DNA of 64,000 bases from Blepharisma stoltei ATCC 30299. Lineage: Eukaryota > Protista > Ciliophora. The position numbers and the translations under genes are program-made. This document shows positions 33,835 through 46,955 of the stretch, one piece after another. Where the stretch lies: positions 310,001 to 374,000 of the forward strand of contig CBFDEM010000005.1 in NCBI GenBank assembly GCA_965603825.1. Reading direction: 5' to 3'. Below the pieces are notes generated by a model. It was not told where the DNA came from and did not search any database. It saw only the letters and a program-made list of their open reading frames with translations. The stretch's first letter is position 1, and each line of letters opens with the position of its first letter.

Positions 33835-36124
33835 TTAATCACTTTCTTCGTTAAAGTCTCTTTTGTTTATGATTTCAAACAAAACCGAGTGGCTTTTGTC
33901 TTTATCTGGCTCGAAGACCAAGTTTCTAGCTTCTCTTTCTTTGTCAACATCTGAAAGCTTACCCCAAAGTTTTTCACAGCGGACTCTGTTGCTCCATTGC
34001 AAGCCTTTACGTACAATGGCTGGGACATCAGGTATGAATACTGAAAGTATCATTTTTAGAAGGAAAAGGATATGCTCCATGATAATGAAGCAAATCCATT
34101 GATCAGTTGTGGAATCAAAGTGAAAAACATCTCTTGTGAAAACTATTAAGCCTGCATTTGTGCCTGCTCCGATGAAAGAGATGATTTGAATTATTACCAT
34201 TCATACACCAATAGAGTTGTCTATGTGAGGGAAAGGCCTTCTTGAAACTTTGATTAATTTTCAGGCGTCAACTCTGAGTTCTATTATACATAACAATAGT
34301 GTTAATAATGGACTGAATGGGAAAGAAATCCCAAAAAGAACGACATATCCATAGCCAATAATGACTTCCATGTAATCCTCCAGCGGAGTCTCATATTCAC
34401 TTAGGTTATACTCATATTCTTCAATTGCCAACTCTATATGAGCTGACATTTCTTTAAGTCTTTTATTTTCTTTATAAAGTTTGATATATTTTTCTACAAT
34501 TGGATATCCCATTTCTATCAGGTTCAATAGCAAGCTAATAATAAAAATCACCCCTAATTGCAATCCCAGCTCTGACATACAATCGTTATTATCACAGCCT
34601 TCATATCTGCCTTTGAAAAATGCTATATAAAATAGAGAGGAATAAGAGTTGACAAATTGAAAAGAAAAAAACTTGACAGTCAAAGCATTTAAATATTCTG
34701 AGTCGCTTTCATAATTTTCCCAATCAGTCAGCTGAGCTGATATTTTTTGATATAAAATGTTTAAAATCTTGATTTGGATTGCATTGAATAATCCAGCCAC
34801 TCTTGGACCCCAGGAATCTATATTGTTATATGATCGATATATAAAAATTGCAATCAATGAGGCAATAACAAGAGAAACAAAAAATGCTATCATGGTAATG
34901 CTAAGCATATTTTTAACACAAACATGCTTTTCATTTTCATTTATTTTTTTCATTTTCCCACTTATTGGATCTTTTTGGTATACGCCTTTATATTCCGGTC
35001 TCTGCTCTTCATGGACCTCGAACTCTGAAACACCCCATTCCCAAGCTAATGTTTTCTCTCTTCTTACCCAGATTTGGTCCATGAAAGTGCTTCCAATGCT
35101 CAGCATCCATGCATATAGCATAAAAGCAACTTCAGCTCCATTCATCGCTGTGCTTTCAGGATTATCAGCTGAATAAATGATGATACCAAAAATACTTCCG
35201 ATAACAGAAGGGATAACAAGCCACGCTGTATAGGTTTCAAGCCATGCAAAATACATAGCTATTTTCTCCCCAAAATAATCTTTGACTTTAGTTATTTTTT
35301 GAGCCCTCCAGAAATGTCTAAAAGTTACCCATTCTTTATCTAGATACCTTAATATCGCTTTATCATGCTGAGGGAATTGTGATTCTAATATCTCTTTAGC
35401 GGTGAGCTCTCCAAGATCGACTACGCTAGTAATCATGCTATATACAAGTCTAGCTTTGTCTTTGTACTTAAAAATGCTCCCATCTGTAAATTCATTTCCA
35501 AACTGATCATATCGCTGATATATATACTCTAAATATTTTTTACCTTTGGCATCTCCTTTATTTTCAACGTCCCTTTCATATGGGCCATAAGGAGCTACTT
35601 TTTGGAATTCCAATGTGTCATTTGGATCAGATTGAAATTGCAGTTGGTAATCAACTAGATCTGCTTGGACTTTTAAATTATGTTCACTGCTTGATAGCTT
35701 ATAAAATAATTTGTCCCCCAAAACTGACACTGTCACACTTGCATTGAGCTGTAAATGCTCTTGAAATATTTTTAGCATTGTAGTTAATACTTCTTGTATG
35801 ATTATCTTCATTTGGATTGTTGGATTTGTTGAAAAATAGCCTCGGATTCTTCCTAAGCCTTCTTGGTAAATAGGGTCATTTTCACTGATGATGAAATAAC
35901 GTCTAAATTTTTTCTCTGCTGATCCTGCTGGCACATCTTGGTCGAAAAGCTCGCATTTGTAATTTTTGCTTTCCATATCAAAGGGATTGTTGAAAACCAG
36001 GATGTAATGATGTAATTTTTCTGATTCTAGTTCTTTTCTTTTTGCACTTGAGCCTTTAGAGGTGTTTGACTCATCAAAAGGCAGCTAAGATACAACTTAC
36101 CACTGTCTTCACTTTGCTATTCAT
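33835..36124 (-). CDS. Anoctamin/TMEM16 paralog 1
   Basis: YFGEKIAMYFAW, FQFVNSYSSLFYIAF, ELRVDAW(TGA)KL, IGVW(TGA). 16-nt intron 36085-36100 and probable in-frame 15-nt intron 35529-35543. Confidence 0.9.
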
Positions 36125-36300
36125 ATTTAATGAAACTGTTGCTTTTTAATAAAATGAGACAAATTTGATGATTTTCCAGATTAGTCGATACTTTTTAAAA
36201 TAAAAAATTTGTTTTTTTTGCGGCCATATTTAGAATAATTAAAGAATTTAGAGATATGCTGATTGAAATTTATATTACGATATAAAAATCATTATAATTA

Positions 36301-38553
36301 TTAATCATTTTTATTATAATCGGTAAAGGTTTTGTCCGCGATTTCTATCAAATCATATTTTCTTTTATATTCAAGTGGTTCAAATACTAAATTTCTAGCT
36401 TCTCTTTCTTTGTCGATATCAGAAAGTTTCCCCCATAATATTTCTCCTCTTACTCTAGTACTTCATTTTATGCCATTTTCAACTATTCCAGGAACATTAG
36501 GAATAAAAACAGAAAGTATCATTTTTAAAATAAAAAGAGAGTGCTCTAAAGCTATGAAGCAAATCCACTGGTCAATTGCTGAGTTTAAGTGAAAGACATT
36601 TCTAGTAAATGTTATTAGCCCCATATTTGTGCCGGCTCCTATAAACGAAATTATTTGAATAATTACTATTCACACTCCAATTGAGCTTTCTTGTGCAGGA
36701 AAGATTCTTCTTGTTGCCTTGATTAATTTTCATGCATCAACTCGAAGCTCTATAATGCAGAGAAATAAAGTCAGCAAAGGACTGAATGGAAAAGAAATCC
36801 CGAATAAAACGACATAGCCATATCCAATAATTACTTCCATATAATCATCTAAAGGGGTCTCATATTGAATTAAATTATATTCAATTTCTTCAGCAGATAA
36901 ACCAATCTGGGCATCATTTTCTTTGATTTTTTTATTTTCTTTATAAAGATTTATATAATTTTGAAAGATTGGCAAGCCAATTTCGATCAAATTTAGGCAA
37001 AGAGTGATAATATAAATTATTCCCAATTGGAATCCAAGCTCATATACACAGTTTTCACTTTCACAGCCTTCATATCTCCCTTTAAAATATGCAATATAGA
37101 ACAGTGAAGAATAAGAATTAACAAACTGAAAAGCAAAAAGCTTTATTGTAAGTGCATTCTGATATTCCGATTCAGTTTCATAATTTTCCCAATCAGTCAG
37201 CACTACAGCAATTTTTTTGTAAATGATATTCAAAATTTTTATTTGAATTGCATTAAAGATTCCTGCAATTCTTGGTCCTCATGAATCGTCATTACTATTT
37301 GCCCTGTAAAAGAAAATTGCTATTAATGAAGCAATTACAACTGTTACAAAAAATATTATTGTGCTCAAACCTAAAACATTTTTCAAAATCGAGTGTCTTT
37401 TCTTCTCATGTATTTTTTTCATTTTTCCAGATATCGGGTCTTTTTGATATACTCCTTTGTATTCAGGCCTTTGCTCTTCCTGACCTTTTATGTCGCAAAC
37501 TCCCCATTTCCATCCTAATACTTTTTCTTTTCTTAGTCATATTTGGTCCATAAAAGTACTTCCAATACTCAAAAGAAATGCATATAAAAAATAGCAAACT
37601 TCACCTGCATTTATTGAATCAGAAGGGCCAGAATCGGCCGAATAAATAATAATTCCAAAAATGCTTCCAAAGATAGAAGGGATAGTAAGCCATCATATAT
37701 AATTTTCTAATCACGCAAAGTACATTGATTGTTTTTCTCCGAAATAATCATTTATTTTTTCAATGTTTTGGTGCCTCCAAAAATGCCTGAAAGTTACTCA
37801 TTCTTTATCAAAATATGTTAATATCCGATGATCGTGCTGTGGAAATTGAGCATCAAGAATTTTTTGTGTCGTTAATTCTCCAAGCTCAATAACACTTGAT
37901 ATCATACTGTATACCAATCTTATCCGATCTTTATGCTTAAATATGCTCCCATCTGGGGTTTCATTCCCTAAGTTATCGTATCGCTTGTATATTCTTACTA
38001 AATAAAAATTACCTTTCTCACTTCCTTTATTCTCTGCATCTCTTTCATAAGGGCCATAAGGTGGTACTTTTTGAAAATCTAAATCATCATCTGCATGAGG
38101 CTGAAACTGAAGTTGATAATCCACTAAATCCGCTTGAACTTTAAGATTACGCTCAATACTAATCAGTTTAAAAAAGAATTTATCTCCTAGTAGTGAAAGT
38201 GTTACCGTGACGTCAAGTTGCAAATAATCTTGAAAAATTTTTAAAGTTGTTAATAAGAATTCTTGAACCAAAATTTGCATTTTAATTGTTGTCTTTCCAT
38301 CAATGTGGCTTCGAATTCTGTCAGCAGCTTCTTTATAGGCAGATTCATCTTCACTTATATTAAAGAACCTTCGAAATTTAATTTCAGCTTTCTCTGAAGA
38401 TACATCATAATCATAAAGCTTGCATTTGTAGCCTTTCTTTTCTGAGTCAAAAGGATTGTTGAAAACTAATATATAATCATAAAGTTCAACTGCGGGTGGC
38501 TCAGTGTTCTCATCTGATGAATCTTTCAGCATTGATGATCCATCATTAGGCAT
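36301..38553 (-). CDS. Anoctamin/TMEM16 paralog 2 (tandem duplicate)
   Basis: Colinear with paralog 1, at least 8 TGA=Trp, probable in-frame 15-nt intron 37998-38012. Confidence 0.88.
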
Positions 38554-38771
38554 CTTATAAATACTGATTTTGCGGAGGAGCAATTAAATTAATAGGATTA
38601 GCTGAAACTTTTTAAAAGAGCAACTTTTACAAATATTATCTGTTAACTTTAGAATCTAATATATATTTGAATTAGTTATCTTTATTAGCTAGATTTAAGT
38701 CAATTATTTTTGTTTTATTAAATTTGACTTACTTACTTATTATTCAGGAACCTTATGCTTCCAGCAAGCCT

Positions 38772-39023
38772 TTAAGGCTCTTTTTCCTTAGCTTTTTTCT
38801 TTTTTTTTTTCAGCTCTCCTTTCTGCTCCAATTTACCTCTCCTTCTTTTTGCTTGTCATCCTGCTCCAGTTCTCGCTTCAATTTTTGCTTCAACATCTGC
38901 ATCAACTCCTGCTTCAACTTCTGCTTCAACTTCAATATTTACCTTGTCGAAAATCTGAATAGTTTCATTTCATCAAGTATTTCCCTTTAACCTTAAATGC
39001 TCATGATAATGAATCTTTCCCAT
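38772..39023 (-). other. Possible 83-aa ORF or decayed gene with VEA(E/G/K) 12-bp repeats
   Basis: Open only if TGA=Trp (3 TGA). GTTGAAGCAG-like repeats near 38875-38935 and a poly-Lys tail. Confidence 0.25.
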
Positions 39024-39477
39024 TATTCTTCTTTAAATCTTCTTTTCAAATTCTTCAATCTCTTATTCAGAAAATAATTTATCTATGTACTCGAGATGCG
39101 ACAATCAATTTCCTCATCAGAATCCTTAAAACTTTACGATTCCGGACTCGAAGTCCACATGGATTTGTTTTTGCTAAACCCTTCAAATTCCATAAACCTA
39201 AAAAAATAAAAAGGGCTTTTATTGGTTTGACAGTTTTAAATCGAATATTCTTCATTAAAATCAGACTAAAATTAATTTCAGCTCACATTATTTGCTATTA
39301 TGCTATGCTCTATTGACTATTTTCTCATTTATAGCCTATATTTTCGAAAATAAAATGCTTAAAGTTTGGTTAATGATTTTGAACTTAAAGGAATAAATTT
39401 TGGCAAGATAATTGAAATATAGTATTAATTCATATCTCTTACCAAATTTATATTAGTAAAGATTAACCTTTTAAATA

Positions 39478-41109
39478 TTATTTAATTTGTTCGTCAATTT
39501 TGTTGAGTCTATCTATGAACTCAACCCAAACACTTTTAAGTTTTGTATGTGATTTAATTTCTTTATTTGCGTATGTCTCTAATTCCATTATATTCCTCCT
39601 TGTTGTGAAAGGTATAAACCACATAGTTTCTTCTCTGAGTTTATAATTATGGTATCCGTATCTATCTTTGAGCTTTTCTACATCTTTTGTTTCTTGGTGA
39701 AGCATTTTCGGAATCGCAACTTCTTTGTCGCTTTTCATAGCTGCAACGTTTATATTAGTAACACTCGGATCAAGCTCCCATTTAAGTATATCTCCATTAT
39801 TCCACAATTTTTCTTTTTTTCCTCGAAGCCTCCTATTTTCTTTCTGGTATTTATTCAAATGTCTTTCTCTATCTTTAATTAAATCTCTAAATGGGATGCT
39901 TTCATTATATGTGAATTTAAATAAAGTGCTTATATGGTCTTTAACAAAAACAGCTCTTTTTTCATCACTTTTTGCAAGCGTCCCTAAAACACCTTGAAGA
40001 GCTCTAAATATTTCTACATTTAAATTCGTCTGAGAAAGCATTTGCAGTCTTTCCATATCATTCATTGACTCCTTGAGCTCTAGCATAAGCTCAGATGTAT
40101 TATGGAGCTGTTTTTCAAGCTTATTTGCTTGGCGTTTAATTCTCCTTTGGATTTCTATTGCAGAATTGACATAATCTCTTAATCTTTCAGTGTGGTCTTG
40201 CGAAGTTGAAGGGTTGATTCATACAAAACCCTCTAAAGAAGGCAATTCATCAGTAGTCGATGGCTCACGAAAAGTGCTAGTCTGCGTTTTAAATAAATTA
40301 TATTTCAAGTTATCATTTTCTTTCAAAAAATGAACAAGATATAAGGACCTGCTTAATAATGGATGGGATAGAATATTTTTCATAAATCGAGTTAAGAACC
40401 TCTGATCTTTTCGATTTGTATCCATCACGTTTCTAGTAGTAAAACGTTTGGGTAGCCTTGGCGGTACATAAACTCCAGGAAAAGTTCTTGCAAGTATATC
40501 TCTTAGCCAATAAAAATCATTAGTCTCTCTTTCTACAGTCCAGTCTAGTGGCATAGTTCTCAATATATATTTTCCGAGAGTTATCTTATTGGTAGACGCC
40601 CCTGTAATTGGCTTGCTCATTATAGTCACTTCACAAAGGTTTGCAGAAATTTCTGTATCCGGCAGAGTCTCAGCTTTGACTTTGTATATTTCTGCTTGTG
40701 CATCTTCTTCTATTAAGGCAGCCCTTACGCTTGACCTTGCCAGTTTGACTTCTTCAAATCTGTCAGGCATTGACTGAAATCTTTTATAGTCAGGCTTCAC
40801 TGAGAATTTTTCTGTTTTCATTTCTGTTGAAAATCTCTTAAAGTTTTCAGGCAAAAAATCTTCCCATCTTTCTTCTTCTTTGTTAGACTCATCTAATGGA
40901 AGCTCAAAAAATGGCTTTCGGTCTTCTGATTCAAAATCTGATTTTGTGGTTTGCTTTGTTTGTTTGAAGATTTCAATTTTCTGAGTAGTTATTTTTGTGT
41001 TGCCGGTAGTGTCTGCAGACCGGAGACTCATGTCGGGATGGATGGGAAGTTTATTGACTTCACCTTGAATAGGAAATTCGTAAATTTTTTCAGGTTTGGC
41101 TTCTTCCAT
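39478..41109 (-). CDS. PX-domain sorting nexin-like protein (543 aa)
   Basis: WTVERETNDFYWLRDILARTFPGVYVPP (PX) followed by a helical BAR-like region. Joins through TGA 40219-40221. Confidence 0.8.
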
Positions 41110-41231
41110 TTTTGAGTGTGATTTTTGTAATGGATATAAATTGATTTTGAGATTTTTTGGTTTTTTAATAGAAAAAGAAAAGACAGCGATTATTTGTTTA
41201 AATTGCGATTTTAGAGATAATTATGGATAAA

Positions 41232-41843
41232 CTAGCAACATTTTTTTGCTTTTTCCTTAGGCTGAGGTTGAAGCAATAATGCATCGCTGCCTCTACTTAA
41301 CCTAGATAATGCAGATTTATCTTCTAAAATTTTTTCTGCTAGAACTTGGAATAATTTTTCAACATCAGTTCCTTCTTTAGCTGAAGTTTCTAAATACTCC
41401 ATATCATGTCTTTTTGCGAAATTTTGCCCTTCTTTTGTAGGTATAATTCTTTGATCTGCTAGATCAATTTTATTGCCAACAAGGAAATTTTTTAAATTTG
41501 GTGGAGCGTTATCTGTCAAATCTTTAATTCACCAATCAAGATCATTGAATGATTCTCTTTTGGTAACATCAAATACAATAATAGCTCCACTAGTATTCTT
41601 ATAATAAAGCTTATTAACAACTCTAAAGTTCTCTTGTCCAGCTGTATCCCAAATATTGAGCAATATATCTTTATCATGTATTCGAATGTTTATTGTTCTC
41701 TCTGCTAATCCTATAGTAGGTCCTATACTAAAAGTGAAAGTTCCATCGCAAAACCTTTTCATTAAGCTGCTTTTTCCTACCGTAGGAGCACCGATAATAA
41801 CGATTTTTATCTTGTGAGCACCGAATTGTTTACTTGATTCCAT
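41232..41843 (-). CDS. Rab-family small GTPase (divergent)
   Basis: GAPTVGKS, WDTAGQE, DWW(TGA)I, GNKID, ETSAK, C-terminal CC. Confidence 0.92.
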
Positions 41844-42529
41844 CTTATATATTTTGCAACATAAATACAATTGAATACTGTTAATAGCTATCAGCTTTGT
41901 GGGAACATAAAAAATTAATGAAAGATAGGAATTAGATTGGATTTAGCATAAAGCTCGGCTTAATTGAAGAAATAATCGCTCATTAAGTATTAATAAAATA
42001 TAGATTAGCTGCTCAAACAATATTACTTTCCTTTCCTCTCATATGCCCCGATTTTTATTCAGAAAATGGGAAAGAGTGAACGTTAAGGATTGAATTATTA
42101 TTCTTAAAAAGAAATCTCACCAATTATCAATAGATAAAAAAATATTAAGAATTAAATTATTCCAATTGCAAATGATGCCATTAGGTACAAAATTAAGCAT
42201 TTAGCATATAGAGATGAGCTAAATGAATTTTAGTCTTATTAATGCTGATCTTAGCATACTCTAGCACTGAAAACAGATAAGTAGGTATTTATGGATTATC
42301 TAGCTAGTTTCCAATTTTATTTATCTTTTGAAACAAGAAAATTGAAATAAAATTGCGTAAAAATACTTCAAGAAGCTGAAAATTACAAAAATGCAAAGAA
42401 ACTTAAGAAGTATGATCATATTTCGTTATATTTCGTTATATTACAGAGTAGAAACCTGTAAATCATCATTGCGATTCAAATTCTTTATCTTTCTTAACTT
42501 ACCTTAATTCTCTGAATAAAATAAAACTC

Positions 42530-42919
42530 TTAGAATCTTAGCTCATTCTTTAATGGCATCATTACCTGTTTTCCTCTTTGCTGTGCTGTTAGCAAACCTG
42601 CCTTCCCTCTCAACCCTCTTCCTCTCGTAATTGCTATTCCTTTTCCTGTTGAAGTCTGTTTGATTCTTTTAAACATCGGTGCATTTTTGAACATATCAGG
42701 CACAATCACAAATCTTATTTGTGCGCCTCTGATATAAACTTGCTCTAAAACATATACATTCCCATCACGAGATGTGACAGTCACTGTTTCCAATCTGCAG
42801 TTCATTGTGTCTTCTGCATCAACTAAATATCCTCTATACAATTCGCCAGTTTTTAGCTCAATTGTAATCACATGGTTTTCAGCTTCATGCAATAGTTTGA
42901 TTGGGACACCTATGCTCAT
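42530..42919 (-). CDS. SNRPD3: Small nuclear ribonucleoprotein Sm D3
   Basis: [16 protein letters not shown]...[22 protein letters not shown]. Confidence 0.97.
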   Translation of the reverse strand: MSIGVPIKLLHEAENHVITIELKTGELYRGYLVDAEDTMNCRLETVTVTSRDGNVYVLEQVYIRGAQIRFVIVPDMFKNAPMFKRIKQTSTGKGIAITRGRGLRGKAGLLTAQQRGKQVMMPLKNELRF

Positions 42920-42926
42920 AATAAAT

Positions 42927-44289
42927 ATGAGCTATACTCGAAGGCCCAAAGACTCTGACACAGAATCAGGTGAAGAAAAAGAGGATTATCAAAATCTTTA
43001 CGAGTCTGAACAAGATCGATATTATATAAACTCTTTACCAGAACTTGAAAGGGAAAGAATTCTATCTGAAAGATATGAAAAAAAGCTCAGGGAAAAAGAC
43101 AGAGAAAGGATGCAAATGCAGCTGGAAAAAGCTCAAGAAAGGAAGCAGCCAATTGTAGAAGGTATGGAAGAGTTCTCGGATGAAGAAAAACGGGGAAGGC
43201 GAAAAAGAAGGAAAAAAAGCGACGATGATTATGAGCCAGTTGCTAAAATGAAGAAAAGTAAGCTGCAGATTATTGAAAAACAAGAGCAGGCTTATGATTA
43301 TAAAAAAGAGTCGGCAATTGTGCAGCTTGAAGATATTGAAAGAATCAGATTAGGAAGAGACCAGCTTGTGAAATGATGTCCACATTTGTATTTTGACAAA
43401 ACAGTGAAGGGCGCTTTTGTGAAAATTAATATTGGGAAGAAAAAAGGCACAAATGAAAGCGTTTATTTAATGTGCGAAGTTGTTGATGTGCTTACTGGTG
43501 ATTATTATGAAATCCCTGATACCAAAATCAGTACAAATAAATATCTCCATCTGGCTCATGGGAAAAACAAAAAAACTATGAAGATTGATATTGTTTCTAA
43601 AAAGCCTTTTACAAGTGAAGAGTTTGAAGCATATGCAGAAAAACTCAAAAAAGACCAAATAAAGCCAGTCACCAGAAATCATATTGATAACAAGCTAGCC
43701 GAAATTCAAGCTGCGCACAACTATAAATACACAAGTGAAGAAATTGAAATCATGGTAGAAAAACAACTTGAAGAAAACATCGCGAAAGGGAACATCGAGT
43801 CCTTTGCAACCTTGGAGCTTGAAAAACTCAAAGTAAGGCTAGAAGACATGAAAGCGAATCCTGAAGGAATAAGTGAAGAAGAACAAAGGAAAAAAATTCG
43901 AAGCCTTGAAGACATGATCAAAAAGTTGGAAAATGCATTGAAATTTGACGACAAAATTGTGGTAGGTGAGACTGTTCAAATTTTAAATGAAAGAAATAGA
44001 ACTAAACAACTGGAAATTGACTTATGAAGGGTAAGATATTATTAAGGCTGAACAAAGAAAGCTACATAAGCTTGAAGAAGCAAAGCAAGAAAATAAAAAA
44101 GCGGAAGAAGTGAAACCTAGTATGAAATAATTAGAACTTTCTCAATATGAAATGGACCAGCTAGCAAAGCAGAGACTGGTGACTATTCATTCTGTTGATT
44201 TAGAAATTGATGATTGGATACCACTAACAGGGCCGCTGAGAGTACCAATAAGAGAGTATCCTGCACTAGTCACTCCTTATCCTCTTTAA
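42927..44289 (+). CDS. RTF1: PAF1 complex subunit Rtf1 (Plus3 domain)
   Basis: [26 protein letters not shown](TGA)[21 protein letters not shown]-terminal IHSVDLEID. Introns 44031-44046 (16 nt) and 44120-44134 (15 nt). Confidence 0.88.
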
Positions 44290-44367
44290 TAATATATAAT
44301 TTAAATCGAAATATTAAAAGAACTGTTAATTAATAGATTGTTAATTATTTGATTTAATTATATACAC

Positions 44368-45099
44368 CTATTCACCAATGTATCTTGGCTGGTATGTAGG
44401 CGAAGGACTCTCACTTTCTCCAGGACTACCTTCAAATGTAGGCAAAAAGGCTCTGCTTTCAAAAGAATAATTTTCAGAATGATACTCATTTGGGAGAGGT
44501 TTTAATTTTATAACAGAACTATCCTCAATTTCAGATTGAGTTCGTTTTATTTTTTCATGAACCATCACTTTTTCAATTCCATTTGGCAAAGAATTAAAAA
44601 CATTTTTCATATCTAACAAAGCAAACCTTTTCGGTTTAAAAATGCTGGAATCAAGCTCTATCGGCTCCCATTTTTTATCAGAATATTGAGCTGCAAATCT
44701 TGAATTTTGATTATTTTTGTTGTTTAAGCTTAGCCTTCCAGTCCCAAAAGCAGGATGCAGTCTTGAGTTGTTATTAATTTTACTAATAGAAGGCAAATTT
44801 TCTTTTTTCACACTTATTGAGTTAACTAAATCAGATTTTGTGCTTCTTTTCGTTGAATGACTTCGTGATCTCATTGACAGTTTGTTGGGCCCAAATCTAA
44901 TTGTACTCGGGATTTGTGTAGTTTTGAATTCATCTCTTTGTGAAGAATTATAACTTTTATACAAACTTATATCATTTTTTGATTTTTTCAATAATTCTTT
45001 TGGATTTATATCAGAAATATTCAAGAAGCTTGATGAGTCTAGTTGGCAACTGTGCATTCTCGCTACATTTTTATGTCTCTGTCTTAACGGATTCTCCAT
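44368..45099 (-). CDS. Hypothetical disordered protein (243 aa)
   Basis: ATG-TAG ORF, rich in S/K/N. Confidence 0.65.
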   Translation of the reverse strand: MENPLRQRHKNVARMHSCQLDSSSFLNISDINPKELLKKSKNDISLYKSYNSSQRDEFKTTQIPSTIRFGPNKLSMRSRSHSTKRSTKSDLVNSISVKKENLPSISKINNNSRLHPAFGTGRLSLNNKNNQNSRFAAQYSDKKWEPIELDSSIFKPKRFALLDMKNVFNSLPNGIEKVMVHEKIKRTQSEIEDSSVIKLKPLPNEYHSENYSFESRAFLPTFEGSPGESESPSPTYQPRYIGE

Positions 45100-45135
45100 T
45101 TTCTAATTTTTAGGTTATTTAGATAAATCCTAATA

Positions 45136-46131
45136 ATGGCAGATGAGCTAATTATTGACGCCAATCGTTGTGCTTTCCGAGAGCTATTTAGCAAATTAAA
45201 GCAAAAGGAAAAGATGCTGACCTACAATGAATTATTCAAATTTTTGGAAAAGGCACATATATTTCCTGATTTATTAGATATTTATAGACTGAAATCCTTG
45301 ATTTTGGATAGCGCAAAAACCAATGGGAACTATGATAAAAGGCCAAGTTTTTCATATATGGGATTTGAAATTTTATTATGCGAACTGGCTAATAAAATAT
45401 ATGAGAAACATCCTCAAAATGAGAGGTTTAAACTCTTGATAAGGCATATAGTGATTTCATGCAGGCTGCTGTATGGTGTTCATTTAACCCAGACTTTGTC
45501 ACAAGACCCACTTGATACTTTTAATTCTGAATCAACAAATTCTTTATTTTTTGCTACTGAGGACAAGCGGTTAGCAAAAGCACAATCACTTAAGGGCTTA
45601 ACTTCCCCTTTTCAAGCATTCAAGAATTCCAGGGATAATTCTTTCAAAAACATTACTAACAAACTACCAATAGCAAATCCAGAAAAGAATATTAAGCCCG
45701 CAGTAAAAAATGATTCAACAGTTAACATTCTTTTAAAGACAAAAAGACCGGTTCTGCAAACTGCTCATCAATCTCCCAACAAAATCTCACCAGAAGTTAT
45801 TGGAAAATTAATTGGATCGAAATCATTAACAGTCTCTCCTCTAGCTGCTTCTGAAATTCCTTCACCACAAACCCCAAACCAAAACTCCGATGATATGAGC
45901 CTTTCATTCGATGATAGATATGAAAAGATTGTAGAACTATTTAGCGAGTTTAAGAAAAAGAACGAGTCACTAAAATTACCAAAAACTGGCTGCATTAGCT
46001 CGAAGGTTTTAGAATTTATAAGCCATATAAGAAACCGAAGAGTAGGAACAGTAAGCGTCATTTAGAAATATTTATTGAAGATGAATTTTGAATTATGGAA
46101 ACTAAAAACTCTACGAAAAAAATTAAATTAA
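45136..46131 (+). CDS. Hypothetical protein with helical N-terminal domain
   Basis: The 309-aa ORF's TAG lies inside a canonical 15-nt intron 46051-46065 (GTAAGCGTCATTTAG). The spliced frame ends at TAA 46129-46131. Confidence 0.65.
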
Positions 46132-46144
46132 ATATAAAATTAAT

Positions 46145-46501
46145 ATGGAAGAATGGAGCTATGAGATCTGCGATTGTGCTAAAAACCCATTCATGTTTGT
46201 TTGGTCTCTTTGCATCCCATGTGGACTCCACTGCATGCAAACTTGTAATGCAAAGCATGCAGATCCTTTAAATAAACACTCAGCTTTACGAGCCTACTTA
46301 TGCGTTTTATTCTTTGGATGTGTAGGAGCATCAATTAACCGCAACCTACTTAGAAAATCATTGAATATAAAAGGCAATCTCTTTCATGACTTCGCACATT
46401 TGATCATTCCTTGTTGTGCTGTGACGCAAGAATGGATGCAGGTCATGAAAGTAAAGAAGGGAAGCGGAGAGCTTTTAATTACTCAACTTAAAGTTATTTA
46501 A
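46145..46501 (+). CDS. PLAC8/cornifelin-family Cys-rich protein
   Basis: WSYEICDC...LCIPC, NRNLLRKSLNIKG, PCCAVTQE. Confidence 0.8.
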   Translation: MEEWSYEICDCAKNPFMFVWSLCIPCGLHCMQTCNAKHADPLNKHSALRAYLCVLFFGCVGASINRNLLRKSLNIKGNLFHDFAHLIIPCCAVTQEWMQVMKVKKGSGELLITQLKVI

Positions 46502-46955
46502 CCCTATTAATCCTGCCAAATAAAATGCTAAGAATTAAAAAACTATTTAATCTTTGTTTTGAAAGTTTTTGTAAATTGTAAATGGAGGTGCCATAATCAA
46601 CTAATTATTGTAATTTTTTTCCTCTCCATTGATTAAAAATTATAATAAGAGATGTTAATAAAAACTAATTAAGGCCTTCTATTTTCTTTAATATTTATTT
46701 TAATAAATATATTATATGATAATAATTAGCAAAGTAAACTAAAGTTTGGAAGCATTATTTATAAAAATTTAGCACTTGGACAATAGAAGCTAAATTATTC
46801 GATCATTATTTATTAGGGAAAAATTAGATTTCCTATAAAAATAATTATCATATCTCACACATTTTATGAATAATTTTTCTCTTAAATTTCCTAAAAAACA
46901 GTCAATCAAATCTTTTAATTAATTCTATTATATATTATCTAAATATTTAGAATAA

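Noticed and set aside
42290-42460. Coding-like fragment and 10-bp direct repeat TTTCGTTATA x2
   Set aside because: Interrupted by TAA and too short to support a gene or element.
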